Part shown: one piece after another, positions 1-9,444 of the stretch
Layout of the letters: the number at the start of each line of letters is the position of its first letter
Numbering within the stretch: position 1 is the first letter of the stretch
NCBI GenBank assembly: GCA_964623895.1
Contig: CAZUWA010000002.1
Location: 3,636-67,635 of the forward strand
Direction: 5' to 3'
DNA from: an uncultured Lachnospiraceae bacterium
Lineage (GTDB): Bacteria; Bacillota; Clostridia; Oscillospirales; CAG-272
Length of the DNA: 64,000 nt
Notes under the pieces: generated by a model
Seen by the model: only the letters and a program-made list of their open reading frames with translations
Told to the model about the DNA's origin: nothing
Databases searched by the model: none
Made by a program: the position numbers and the translations under genes

Positions 1-1
1 A

Positions 2-934
2 AAACAGTTAAAAAACAGGATCGAAGAATATGATGCACTGATCAAAAAGCATCAAGATACCCTCGATCTGACGGAAATCGCCATTGAAGAAGAGGATGAA
101 TCCTTACTTGACGAGATCCTTGCAGATGTAGCAGCCATCGAAGAGCAGGAAGAAAAAATGCGCATCGAAGTGCTCCTATCCGGTGAATACGATGCGAACA
201 ATGCTATTCTCTCCCTGCATCCGGGCGCAGGCGGCACGGAAGCACAGGATTGGGCACTGATGCTCTACAGAATGTACTGTCGTTGGGGCGAAAAGCGCGG
301 CTACAATGTTAAGTTGGTCGATTGGCTGGACGGCGAAGAAGCCGGCATCAAATCCGCGACCGTGATGATTGAAGGGATCAACGCTTATGGCTTTCTGAAG
401 AGTGAAAACGGTGTACACCGTCTTGTGCGCGTTTCTCCTTTCGACGCTTCCGGCAGACGCCACACCTCTTTTGCTTCTGTTGAGGTCATGCCGGAGTTTA
501 CTGACGACCTTGATATCGTGATCGCCGATGAAGATTTAGAGATCACCACCCACAAATCTTCCGGCGCAGGAGGACAGCACATCAACAAAACAGAATCCGC
601 CGTGCGTATCACCCATATTCCGACCGGTATCGTTGTCGGTTGCCAGACCGAACGAAGCCAGCTCCAAAACAAAGAAACGGCTTTGAAAATGTTAAAGAGC
701 AAGTTGATGGAAATCAAAATGCGGGAGAATTTGGAGCGCATTGAGGACATTCAGGGCACCAAAGCCAATATCGAATGGGGTTCGCAGATCCGTTCCTATG
801 TTTTTATGCCCTATACTCTTGCAAAAGACACCCGTACGGGTTACGAAGAGGTCAATATCAATTCCGTTATGGACGGTAATATTGACGGATTTATCAACGC
901 ATACCTCAAAGCAAACGCTAACAAAACAAATTAA
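2..934 (+). CDS. prfB: Peptide chain release factor 2, 5'-truncated by the window edge
   Basis: The frame is open from base 2 (KQLKNRIEEYDAL...), so the ATG at 158 in the ORF track is internal. It has the RF2-type SPF tripeptide (RVSPFDASGRRHTSF) and the GGQ motif (SSGAGGQHINKTES). The N-terminus and the usual +1 frameshift site lie upstream of the window. Confidence 0.9.
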   Translation, partial: KQLKNRIEEYDALIKKHQDTLDLTEIAIEEEDESLLDEILADVAAIEEQEEKMRIEVLLSGEYDANNAILSLHPGAGGTEAQDWALMLYRMYCRWGEKRGYNVKLVDWLDGEEAGIKSATVMIEGINAYGFLKSENGVHRLVRVSPFDASGRRHTSFASVEVMPEFTDDLDIVIADEDLEITTHKSSGAGGQHINKTESAVRITHIPTGIVVGCQTERSQLQNKETALKMLKSKLMEIKMRENLERIEDIQGTKANIEWGSQIRSYVFMPYTLAKDTRTGYEEVNINSVMDGNIDGFINAYLKANANKTN

Positions 935-952
935 AGAAAGGATCATTACCTT

Positions 953-1240
953 ATGTTTAAGATCAAAAACTTCAAAGTGGAACTCAAACATCTTCTGACC
1001 GTCGTTTCGGCAATCGGTATGTTGGTCAGTTTCATCATTTCGCTCTGCTCCGAGAAAAAGACGTCCTCGGCTGTTTGCTTTTTCTTCTCTTTTGCAGGAC
1101 TGGTCACGGGAATGTGCATGGAGGCAGGCGTCATACATACGCCTAAAGTCTGCCAAAAGTTGGAGATCGACATAGAACCGGAGACGGAAGAAGTTTCCGA
1201 AAATGAAGACGAATCGGAATTGGTCGTAGAAGAAGATTAA
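953..1240 (+). CDS. Hypothetical small membrane protein with an acidic C-terminal tail
   Basis: 95-aa ORF starting 19 nt after prfB. It has two hydrophobic segments (LLTVVSAIGMLVSFIISL, AVCFFFSFAGLVTGMCM) followed by EPETEEVSENEDESELVVEED. I recognise no family. Confidence 0.4.
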   Translation: MFKIKNFKVELKHLLTVVSAIGMLVSFIISLCSEKKTSSAVCFFFSFAGLVTGMCMEAGVIHTPKVCQKLEIDIEPETEEVSENEDESELVVEED

Positions 1241-1299
1241 TCTTCTCCTGCACTCATGACTTTTTGAAAGGATTTAGCAAAAAAAGGAGACAAGGCGAT

Positions 1300-1764
1300 A
1301 TGAGATGTCCCAATTGCGGATACTCCGAGAGCAAGGTCATCGACTCACGCCCGACGGAAAACTACAGCATTCGGCGCCGCAGAGAGTGTCCGAAATGCAA
1401 AAAACGGTTCACAACCTACGAGATCATAGATGTTGTGCCGATCACTGTTTTAAAAAAAGACGGTTCGGAAGAACTGTTTGACAAGAACAAAATTCTCACC
1501 GGTCTGATCAAATCCTGCTATAAACGCCCGGTCACCACCGAGCAATTATCCGCTTTGGTGGCGGACATCGAGACGGAACTGAAAAACAGCCTGCGCACGC
1601 AAGTCCCAACCGGAGAGATCGGAGAAATGGTGATGGAGCGGCTGAAAAAGCTTGATGAAGTCTCCTATGTCCGTTATGCCTCAGTATACAAGGAGTTCAA
1701 GGATGTAGAAACCTTTATGAAGGAATTACATATCTTGGCAGAACAAAAATGGAACAAAAAATGA
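1300..1764 (+). CDS. nrdR: Transcriptional repressor NrdR
   Basis: MRCPNCGYSESKVIDSRP...RRRRECPKCKKRFTTYE is the NrdR zinc ribbon, followed by an ATP-cone. I chose the ATG at 1300 (AAAGGAGA 8 nt upstream) over the TTG at 1264 given in the ORF track. Confidence 0.9.
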   Translation: MRCPNCGYSESKVIDSRPTENYSIRRRRECPKCKKRFTTYEIIDVVPITVLKKDGSEELFDKNKILTGLIKSCYKRPVTTEQLSALVADIETELKNSLRTQVPTGEIGEMVMERLKKLDEVSYVRYASVYKEFKDVETFMKELHILAEQKWNKK

Positions 1765-1766
1765 CA

Positions 1767-1814
1767 AAGGACGAGACAACGGCACCCATCGGTGCAGGTG
1801 TCTTGTCCTTTGTT
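1767..1814 (+). terminator. Hairpin after nrdR, putative intrinsic terminator
   Basis: AAGGACGAGACA ... TGTCTTGTCCTT arms with an inner GCACC/GGTGC stem, followed by TGTT. The U-tract is weak. Confidence 0.4.
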
Positions 1815-1974
1815 AAAATAGACGAAAATTTTGCAATACATTTTAACAAAACAACGAAATTCACGACTGCTTTCTCAAATCGAAAGGAAACATCTTGATT
1901 TTAAAGACGATTTATGGTATATTGAATCGTAAAAACAGTTTTCGGCGGTTCGCGCCTGAAAGAAGGATATCTAT

Positions 1975-4845
1975 ATGAAAAAACGATGTTTTACTGCCCC
2001 ACTCTGCCTCCTTCTGGCAGTGCTTATTCTTTTCTCTGCCGGCTGCACTGTAAGCAAAAACGATACAACAACTTCAGATAGCCCCACTGCCTCTCCTACA
2101 GAATCCATAGGGCTTTCCGAAACGCAGAGTGCCGCGACACCGACGCTCACTCCGACCTCCTCCCCCAACAAGACCAAAGTCACCGGCGTTCGCCTTGGGA
2201 AAGAAAAAATGACGCTCACCATCGGCGAAGCGACAAGGCTCAACGTGTATGTTTCCCCCCTCTCTGCAGAAAACAAAGAGGTCAAATGGAAATCTTCCAA
2301 TAATGATATCGTTTCGGTGATCGACGGCTATCTTGTGCCCCAAAAAATCGGCACAGCCGTTATTTCCGTTGTGACTATAGATGGCGGATTTACGGCAAGT
2401 TGTACCGTAACGGTCAGTGAAAAAATCGTTTCGGTAGAATCGATCACTTTTGATAAAGCCGCATTGGATCTGATCATCGGCGAAGAAACGTCTCTAAGTG
2501 TTTCAATTCTTCCGACAAACGCCACCGACAAATCCGTCAGTTACGCCATTGAAAACGATAAGATCGTATCTTTCAACGATGGAAAAGTCAAGGCGCTTAA
2601 AGAGGGTGTCACTTCGATCATCGCAACCTCCGCAAACGGCATAAAAGCAGTTTCCATTATTACCGTGCATAAGAAGAACATCCCAGCAACAGGTATTTCC
2701 CTTAACAGAACGGAACTGACCGTGAAACTCGGAGAAGCAGCCATGCTGGCTGCAACCGTTCAACCGACAGATACTACCGACAGAACAGTCGTTTGGAGCA
2801 TTGATAATCCTGATATCGCAACGGTTGAAAACGGAAGAGTTTCCGCATTGAAAGTCGGCACGGCGATAGTAACCGTCAATACCGCCGACGGAAAGTATCA
2901 AGCTACCTGCAAGATCACAGTAGAAGCGGAGAAAAACGACCCCATCGACGATATCGACCTTTCTGCGGCAGTAGCAGATCCGGACGACTCGGGATACAAC
3001 GGCGGGTTACGCTTAAAGTCCTCCGGCGAGATCGTCCTCTCCCCCAGTTTGGATGTTTTGCGGACACTTCTCGATACAAACGGTAAAAATTACAGCGACT
3101 ATAATGCATATCTGCGCTTTATTTTTCTCCCCTCAAATGATGATGAGGTACGATACAGTTATCATTCGATCGTCCTACAACCGGTCAAGAGCAAAGGCGA
3201 GTGGGTGGATTTTTATCTGGCAGGCCCGGACATTGATTCCGAATTCTGCCCAACTGCAGGCGCAAGTTATGAGATCGAACTGGTATTGGTGGAAAAATCC
3301 GCCCCAACAAAGGGTGTCATCAGTGCAACATATCATTTCACCGCCAACAATAACTGTAAAAACAGTGAATATTATAGTCCCACCCCCATCGGCGGACAGA
3401 TCGTGCGCAATGAAGGTGAATATTACATCCGCTATAAGGCAGGCACGGGCGGCATCGTTGCGGGCAATCTGAAACAGCTCGTCGGCAACGGAATGGTCAG
3501 CACGGCGGTGACTGCCGTAGCAAAGGACGGATACATTTTTATCGGTTGGAGCGATGGCGTCCTAACTGCAACACGTGTAGGCGACACCGCCACCGAAGAC
3601 CTTACCGTTACCGCTTACTTTTCTGTCAGCGACACCATCGGCAACATTCCGGTGCTGAACATCTATACAGACGATGGTGATCCCATCACGCAGAAGGTCT
3701 ATGAGACCGGCAAGATCGTCGTTTCCGGCGCAAGTGCAGCTGAATACAACATTACAGCATCTCTGAAGATCCGTTGCAGGGGCAATTCCTCGCTGAACAC
3801 CGGCGCATCGCAAAATCAGTATGACAGCAAGAACTCTTACCGCATCAAATTTGACGAAAAAGTGCAGTTCTTGGGCATCGGCGACAGCAAAAACAAAGAC
3901 TGGGTGCTGAATTCCAACAAATTTGACATTTCGCAACTGCGCAACTTCCTTGTTTGGGAATTGGCAAATAAAATGGGTACACTGCCTTATGTCACTGAGT
4001 GTGAATGGGTACAACTGTACATCAACGGCAGTTACAGAGGAATGTACATGGTAACCGAGCTAGTTGAAACAGCAACCGATCGTGTGGAAGTAGATGACAG
4101 CGTCGCCTCCGAAGAAGTCGGCTTCCTCATCGAATTAGACTTTAGAGGAAACTACGATGACGATCCGTATTTCTATATCGACGGTTACGGTCCCGACCCT
4201 AAGAGAGATCTGCACGGCGCCGTAGAATTCTGCATCAAAAGCAAAGTGCAAAACGACGCACAATTGGCTTTCATAGAGAATTACATTCAACAATGCCACA
4301 ACGCCATCAAGAGTGGCAACAAGGAAAACATCTCAAAATATATCGACCTTGATTCTCTAGTTGATATGTACATCATAGAAGAACTCTCCAAAGACTGCGA
4401 TGCAGGAAGAGCCTCCTTTTACATTCAAAGAGATGTCGGAGGAAAACTATACTTCACAGCCCCTTGGGACTTTGACTTTGGTTTCGGCACATACGGTCAG
4501 GCAACCTATACAAGCGGTTTGGTCTCAAGCACCGAGAGCTGTTGTATCTGGTTTGGTATGCTGATAGAGCATTCTTGGTTCAGAAATATGTTGCTAGAAC
4601 GCATGGAAGAACTGGATACCGCCTTTAAAGATACCCTGCAGGCAGTCAGAACAAAGGGCGCTGAACTGAAATTAGACGCCGACAAGAGCAACCTGTTTTG
4701 GGAAACTTACGGTACAAACTATCATCAGTATGTCAGTTCGCAGGTATCTTCCAAACTTTACAGTTATGAGGAACATATAGATTTCCTTGTCAACTGGGCG
4801 GAGGAACGTTGGTCAAATCTGTATGAGATCATCAAAAATTATTGA
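1975..4845 (+). CDS. Lipoprotein with three Big_2 (bacterial Ig-like) repeats and a C-terminal CotH kinase-family domain
   Basis: Signal peptide with lipobox (LILFSAGC). Three ~80-aa repeats of the type VTGVRLGKEKMTLTIGEATRLNV...KWKSSNNDIVSV...GTAVISV (about nt 2176-2925). The CotH-like region includes YRIKFDEK, NKDWVLNSNKFDISQLRNFLVWELANKMG, LYINGSYRGMYMVTELVE and TAPWDFDFGFG. Confidence 0.8.
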   Translation: MKKRCFTAPLCLLLAVLILFSAGCTVSKNDTTTSDSPTASPTESIGLSETQSAATPTLTPTSSPNKTKVTGVRLGKEKMTLTIGEATRLNVYVSPLSAENKEVKWKSSNNDIVSVIDGYLVPQKIGTAVISVVTIDGGFTASCTVTVSEKIVSVESITFDKAALDLIIGEETSLSVSILPTNATDKSVSYAIENDKIVSFNDGKVKALKEGVTSIIATSANGIKAVSIITVHKKNIPATGISLNRTELTVKLGEAAMLAATVQPTDTTDRTVVWSIDNPDIATVENGRVSALKVGTAIVTVNTADGKYQATCKITVEAEKNDPIDDIDLSAAVADPDDSGYNGGLRLKSSGEIVLSPSLDVLRTLLDTNGKNYSDYNAYLRFIFLPSNDDEVRYSYHSIVLQPVKSKGEWVDFYLAGPDIDSEFCPTAGASYEIELVLVEKSAPTKGVISATYHFTANNNCKNSEYYSPTPIGGQIVRNEGEYYIRYKAGTGGIVAGNLKQLVGNGMVSTAVTAVAKDGYIFIGWSDGVLTATRVGDTATEDLTVTAYFSVSDTIGNIPVLNIYTDDGDPITQKVYETGKIVVSGASAAEYNITASLKIRCRGNSSLNTGASQNQYDSKNSYRIKFDEKVQFLGIGDSKNKDWVLNSNKFDISQLRNFLVWELANKMGTLPYVTECEWVQLYINGSYRGMYMVTELVETATDRVEVDDSVASEEVGFLIELDFRGNYDDDPYFYIDGYGPDPKRDLHGAVEFCIKSKVQNDAQLAFIENYIQQCHNAIKSGNKENISKYIDLDSLVDMYIIEELSKDCDAGRASFYIQRDVGGKLYFTAPWDFDFGFGTYGQATYTSGLVSSTESCCIWFGMLIEHSWFRNMLLERMEELDTAFKDTLQAVRTKGAELKLDADKSNLFWETYGTNYHQYVSSQVSSKLYSYEEHIDFLVNWAEERWSNLYEIIKNY

Positions 4846-4964
4846 CTGAAAAGGGCCTGTTCTTCACAGGCTCTTTTTGGTATGTTTTGAAAAAAACTAT
4901 TGAAATATCTTCCTATTTGTGATACAATACGAGAAGAAAAGAGAATTCGAAAGGATTTAATAAT

Positions 4965-6035
4965 ATGGACAAGAAATTGAAAGTTGGCATTATCGGTTGC
5001 GGCGGTATTGCTAACAGCAAGCACATGCCGGGATTGAAGTCCGTTCCTGAAGCTGAAATGGTCGCATTCTGCGATATCATCCCCGAAAGGGCTGAAAAAG
5101 CGGCAAAAGAATTCGGTACGCCTGATGCAAAGGTATATGAGGATTATAAAGAATTGCTGAAAGATCGGAACATTGATGTAGTGCACATCTGCACACCCAA
5201 TCGCTCGCACAGTTTTATCACAATCGACGCTCTGCGCGCAGGCAAACATGTCATGGTGGAAAAACCGATGGCAAAGACCGCGGCAGAAGCAAAAGAAATG
5301 GTCAAGGTCGCTAAAGAGACCGGGATGAAACTGACCGTTGGATATCAAAACCGTTGCCGCCCCGAATGTGTCCTTCTTAAAAAGATGATCCGCGAGAAGG
5401 ATGTTTTGGGAGAGGTTTACTATGCCAAAGCGATTGCTCTTCGCCGCAGAGCCACACCGACTTGGGGAGTGTTCCTTGACGAATATGAGCAAGGCGGCGG
5501 GCCGCTGATAGACATCGGCACGCATGCCCTCGACCTCACCCTTTCAATGATGAACAACTATGAACCGCACATGGTCATCGGCACGACCTACAAGAAACTG
5601 ACCAACCCGGATTGCGCCAACTGTTGGGGCAAGTGGGATGAGAAGAAGCACACAGTGGAAGATGCGGCATTCGGCTTCATCGTTATGAAAAACGGTGCAA
5701 CCATCAACCTTGAATCCTCTTGGGCGCTCAACATCCTTGATCCCGTTGAGGCTTCTACCGTTCTTTGCGGCACCAAGGCAGGCGCACGTATCCAAAACAA
5801 GGAACTGACCATCAACTACGACAAAGACGGAGAATTAGTCGAAGAATCTCCCCTTGACGAATACGAAGGCACGATCAAACAAACTGCAAGCGCATATGAA
5901 GCAAGACAATGGATCGACAGCATTCTAAACGATACCGACCCCATCGTCCTACCGGAACAAGCATGCGTCGTCTCTCAGATCTTAGAAGCCATCTACACCT
6001 CCGCCAAGACCGGAAAACCGGTGTACTTTGATTAA
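4965..6035 (+). CDS. Gfo/Idh/MocA family NAD(P)-dependent oxidoreductase
   Basis: N-terminal Rossmann motif KVGIIGCGGIANSKHMP, then HICTPNRSH and VMVEKPMA, typical of the family. A TTGAAA-17-TACAAT promoter-like pair lies just upstream. Confidence 0.8.
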   Translation: MDKKLKVGIIGCGGIANSKHMPGLKSVPEAEMVAFCDIIPERAEKAAKEFGTPDAKVYEDYKELLKDRNIDVVHICTPNRSHSFITIDALRAGKHVMVEKPMAKTAAEAKEMVKVAKETGMKLTVGYQNRCRPECVLLKKMIREKDVLGEVYYAKAIALRRRATPTWGVFLDEYEQGGGPLIDIGTHALDLTLSMMNNYEPHMVIGTTYKKLTNPDCANCWGKWDEKKHTVEDAAFGFIVMKNGATINLESSWALNILDPVEASTVLCGTKAGARIQNKELTINYDKDGELVEESPLDEYEGTIKQTASAYEARQWIDSILNDTDPIVLPEQACVVSQILEAIYTSAKTGKPVYFD

Positions 6036-6131
6036 CGGTCAAGCATAGGATATCGTCCTTACCTTGCCGTCCGCCAAAAAAACAGTTTACCAAAATTAAA
6101 GTAACAGAACCCTTGAGTTTATTCCATAAGT

Positions 6132-6164
6132 AAAAAAATCGGTGCATACGCACCGATTTTTTTA
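6132..6164. terminator. Bidirectional intrinsic terminator between convergent genes
   Basis: A-run, stem TCGGTGC, loop ATAC, stem GCACCGA, T-run. It sits between the oxidoreductase (+) and the EF-G paralogue (-). Confidence 0.75.
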
Positions 6165-6167
6165 TTA

Positions 6168-8240
6168 TCAATCTTCTTCTACCATATTTGCCTTTGCTTC
6201 AGCAATAATCTTCTGCGCTTCCGAGGCAGGCACTTCATCATAACGAATGAACTCAAAGGTGTAAAGTCCCTTGCCCTGTGTCATCGCACGCAAGTCGATC
6301 GTATAATCGACCATTGTTGCCTTCGGCACTTCTGCGTCGATCGTTGTGTAACCGGGCTTATTTTCCGCAGGACCGGAGCCAAGCACCATGCCTCTGCGCT
6401 TGCTGTTGATGTCGCCCATGATCGCGCCCACCATCGCATCGGGAATGGTCACCTTCAATTCACCGATCGGCTCAAGAAGCACCGGCTTTGCAAGTGGCAG
6501 GCCTGCCTTGTATGCAAGGGAAGCAGCCATCTTGAAGGAAAGTTCATTGGAGTCAACATCGTGGTAAGAACCGTCATACAGATCTGCTGCCAGTCCAACA
6601 ACGGGATATCCCGCGAGAACCCCCTTCTGCATCGCCTCAAGAAGTCCTTTTTCAATAGCCGGATAGTAGTTCTTCGGAACCGAACCACCGACAACGCTCT
6701 GCGTAAAGGTCAGACCTTCGCCCTCTCCGGGAGAGAAACGAATGCGCACGTCACCATACTGACCGTGACCTCCGGACTGTTTCTTGTGTTTTCCCTGTAC
6801 GTCGCTTCTGCCTTTGATGGTTTCTCTGTATGCGATTCGCGGCACAGAAAGGTTGACTTCCACACCGCTACGGCTCTTCAGCTTGGAGAGCGCAACGTCA
6901 ATCTGCATATTACCCATCGCAGAAAGCAATAATTGTTTGGTCTCTGCGCTGTTTTCGAATTTCAAGGTCTTGTCTTCGTCAATCAACTTAAAAATACCTT
7001 GAGCCACCTTGTCCTCATCTCCCTTGTTCTTGGGAGAAACTGCCATAGTGTAAAAAGGAGCCGGATATTTGATGGGTGCGTATACTGTTTCACCGCTGAC
7101 AGACAACGAGTCGCAGGTATTGGTATTGACCAACTTCGTAATACAGCCGATATCGCCGCAGCAGAGTTCGGTAACTTCCAACGTCTTTTTACCAAGCGGT
7201 GCATAAATGTGTGCAAATTTTTCGATTGCGCCGGTCTGCGCGTTCTTTAAGGTCGCGCCTGCGGTCAGTGTACCTGCCATGACCTTAAAGTAGCTGGTTC
7301 TGCCAAACTGGTCAACTGCGGTCTTGAAGACAAATAGTTCCGGATCTCCCGTAACGGCGATCGGCTTCTTTTGTTTTTCGCCGTCAACGATAACGCTCTC
7401 AGTGCCTTTTGCAGTGGGATTCGGGAAGGTATCAACGATGATATCCATCAACTTATCGATACCTTGCAGTTTGGTTGCAACACCTGCAAATACCGGCGCA
7501 ATCTGACCGGTAACGATACCGATATTCAGTGCTTTTTCCACCTCTTCCTTGGTAGGTGTAATGCCTTCAAAATATTTCTCCATCAATTCGTCGTCAACCG
7601 TTGCAACGGCTTCGAACAGCTTTTCTCTGTATTTTTCGACGGTAGGCATATAACTGGCATTAATCTCACCGTCGGTGCGATTACCCTTCGCATCGTATAC
7701 ATACTTTTTCAGTTCTATCAAGTCGATGAAAGAACCCGCATCCGCACCCGGAACGATAACGGGACAAACGGACGTACCGAATGTATCAATAAGAGAATTC
7801 AGAACCTTTTCAAATTTTGCTTCCGGATCGTCACACTTATTGACAAAAAAGGCTCTGGGGGAATTGTGTGCGCTAACGCGCTCCCAAGCCAGTTCCGTAC
7901 CGACCTGAATGCCTGATTTCGCATCGACCAAAATGATGGCACTGCCGGTCACGCGAAGTCCCGTGATGACTTCCCCAACAAATTCAAGAAATCCGGGAGT
8001 ATCCATCAGATTGATCTTTGTGTTTCTGTATTCCAGATGTGCCGCCGCCATCGAGATCGTAAATCCTCTCTTAATCTCTTCCGGATCATAGTCACAAACG
8101 GTATTTCCGGCAGATGGTGTGCCCAATCTATCGGTCTTCTTGGTCAAAAACAGCATTGCCTCCGCGAGAGAAGTCTTTCCGCTTCCGCCATGTCCCAATA
8201 AGCTGATATTGCGAATATCACCTGTTTTAAATGTTGCCAT
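6168..8240 (-). CDS. Elongation factor G family translational GTPase (paralogue)
   Basis: 690 aa with EF-G domain order. G1 is LLGHGGSGKTSLAEAML rather than the housekeeping AHIDAGKTT. DTPGFLEF is G3 and NKCD is G4. It is not in an rpsL-rpsG-fusA context. Confidence 0.8.
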   Translation of the reverse strand: MATFKTGDIRNISLLGHGGSGKTSLAEAMLFLTKKTDRLGTPSAGNTVCDYDPEEIKRGFTISMAAAHLEYRNTKINLMDTPGFLEFVGEVITGLRVTGSAIILVDAKSGIQVGTELAWERVSAHNSPRAFFVNKCDDPEAKFEKVLNSLIDTFGTSVCPVIVPGADAGSFIDLIELKKYVYDAKGNRTDGEINASYMPTVEKYREKLFEAVATVDDELMEKYFEGITPTKEEVEKALNIGIVTGQIAPVFAGVATKLQGIDKLMDIIVDTFPNPTAKGTESVIVDGEKQKKPIAVTGDPELFVFKTAVDQFGRTSYFKVMAGTLTAGATLKNAQTGAIEKFAHIYAPLGKKTLEVTELCCGDIGCITKLVNTNTCDSLSVSGETVYAPIKYPAPFYTMAVSPKNKGDEDKVAQGIFKLIDEDKTLKFENSAETKQLLLSAMGNMQIDVALSKLKSRSGVEVNLSVPRIAYRETIKGRSDVQGKHKKQSGGHGQYGDVRIRFSPGEGEGLTFTQSVVGGSVPKNYYPAIEKGLLEAMQKGVLAGYPVVGLAADLYDGSYHDVDSNELSFKMAASLAYKAGLPLAKPVLLEPIGELKVTIPDAMVGAIMGDINSKRRGMVLGSGPAENKPGYTTIDAEVPKATMVDYTIDLRAMTQGKGLYTFEFIRYDEVPASEAQKIIAEAKANMVEED

Positions 8241-8315
8241 AATTGTACCTCTTTTCTTGTTTTATGAAGAGCGACAGAACCGCGAACGGGTGTCGCGTAA
8301 AGTTTCACATGTCAT

Positions 8316-8344
8316 ATTATACAATAAAGATTTCTTCATTTCAA
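8316..8344 (-). promoter_or_regulatory. Sigma-A-like promoter for the EF-G paralogue
   Basis: On the minus strand: TTGAAA, 17 nt, TATAAT. It lies about 75 nt upstream of the start codon. Confidence 0.45.
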
Positions 8345-8391
8345 TAGATTTTGTTGCTTTTTTACCTTGTAGTTCGTAGAAAAAATAGCCT

Positions 8392-9330
8392 TCATTTTGT
8401 GGAAATGTAACAAATTCCCTGCATTCTTTCCTCAGATAACAGCATTTTGTCGAGAGAATTGATGATCTTCAGTTTTCCGAGTGTCCAATCCGGAGCAATC
8501 AGTTCGGAACGCAGAGCATCCCCCGTAACGCGTTCCACCACCGTCTCAGGCGGCAGAAGTTCGATCTGCGATGCCAATGTCTCAAGATAGTCGCCCATGG
8601 TCATCGGTGTATACTTCCCTTCTCTATACATCCGCTCCAGCACTGTTCCACGTCGAACATACAGGCTGTGGATCTTGACAAAATCAGGACGAAGCTTTCC
8701 CACGATGCGCGCACTTTCAAGCATCATCTCCTGTGTCTCACCGGGCAGACCGTCGATCAAATGAACACATACCGCAATTCCACGGTCCTTTAATGCCCGA
8801 TATCCTCTTAAAAAATCGTCAAAGGTATGACCGCGATTCATTTTTTCCGCCGTTTCATCAAACACCGTCTGTAAACCGAGTTCGACTGTAAGTGCCGTTC
8901 GATCCCGAAGTTTGGACAAAAGGTCAAGAACCTCTGTCGGTAGGCAATCGGCGCGTGTCCCGACAGAAATTCCCACAACATCCGGGAGCGCCAACGCTTC
9001 TTCATATAGCAAAGACAATCTCTCAATAGGTGCATATGTCGAGGTATTCGATTGAAAATAGACGATCGTCCTTAGTTTTCCCCATTTTTTACACACCTTT
9101 TCCCTGCCGTCGCGATATTGCTCGGCGATCGAACGTGTCAATGCGCAATTCTCTGCGCCGCCGCCACCGCAAAAATGACAACCGCCAATGCCCTTATTTC
9201 CGTCCTTGTTCGGGCATGTAAATCCGCCATCTATACCGATCTTGGCGATCTTCTCTCCAAATTTATGCTTCAGATAGTAGTCATAAGTATGATACCGCTT
9301 TCCTCCGTCTGAATAAAGAAATGCTTCCAT
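8392..9330 (-). CDS. Radical SAM protein, TIGR01212 (YtqA-like) type
   Basis: N-terminal YHTYDYYLKHKFGEKIAKIGIDGGFTCPNKDG...GGCHFCG pattern and TIM-barrel-like remainder, as in the TIGR01212 family. Confidence 0.75.
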   Translation of the reverse strand: MEAFLYSDGGKRYHTYDYYLKHKFGEKIAKIGIDGGFTCPNKDGNKGIGGCHFCGGGGAENCALTRSIAEQYRDGREKVCKKWGKLRTIVYFQSNTSTYAPIERLSLLYEEALALPDVVGISVGTRADCLPTEVLDLLSKLRDRTALTVELGLQTVFDETAEKMNRGHTFDDFLRGYRALKDRGIAVCVHLIDGLPGETQEMMLESARIVGKLRPDFVKIHSLYVRRGTVLERMYREGKYTPMTMGDYLETLASQIELLPPETVVERVTGDALRSELIAPDWTLGKLKIINSLDKMLLSEERMQGICYISTK

Positions 9331-9412
9331 GGTTCTCTCCTCTCATGCCATCGATCCAATAAAAACAGACGGCTATATAAACGATCTTTTGATTTTATCC
9401 GCTTTATCATCC

Positions 9413-9438
9413 AAAAAACGCCCCAAATGGGGCGTTTT
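9413..9438 (-). terminator. Intrinsic terminator of mscL
   Basis: ACGCCCC, loop AAAT, GGGGCGT. The minus-strand transcript gets a 6-U tail. Confidence 0.7.
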
Positions 9439-9444
9439 AGCAGG

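Noticed and set aside
4839-5525. 228-aa ORF on the minus strand
   Set aside because: It is antisense to the Gfo/Idh/MocA oxidoreductase gene, which has clear family motifs. It has no motifs of its own.
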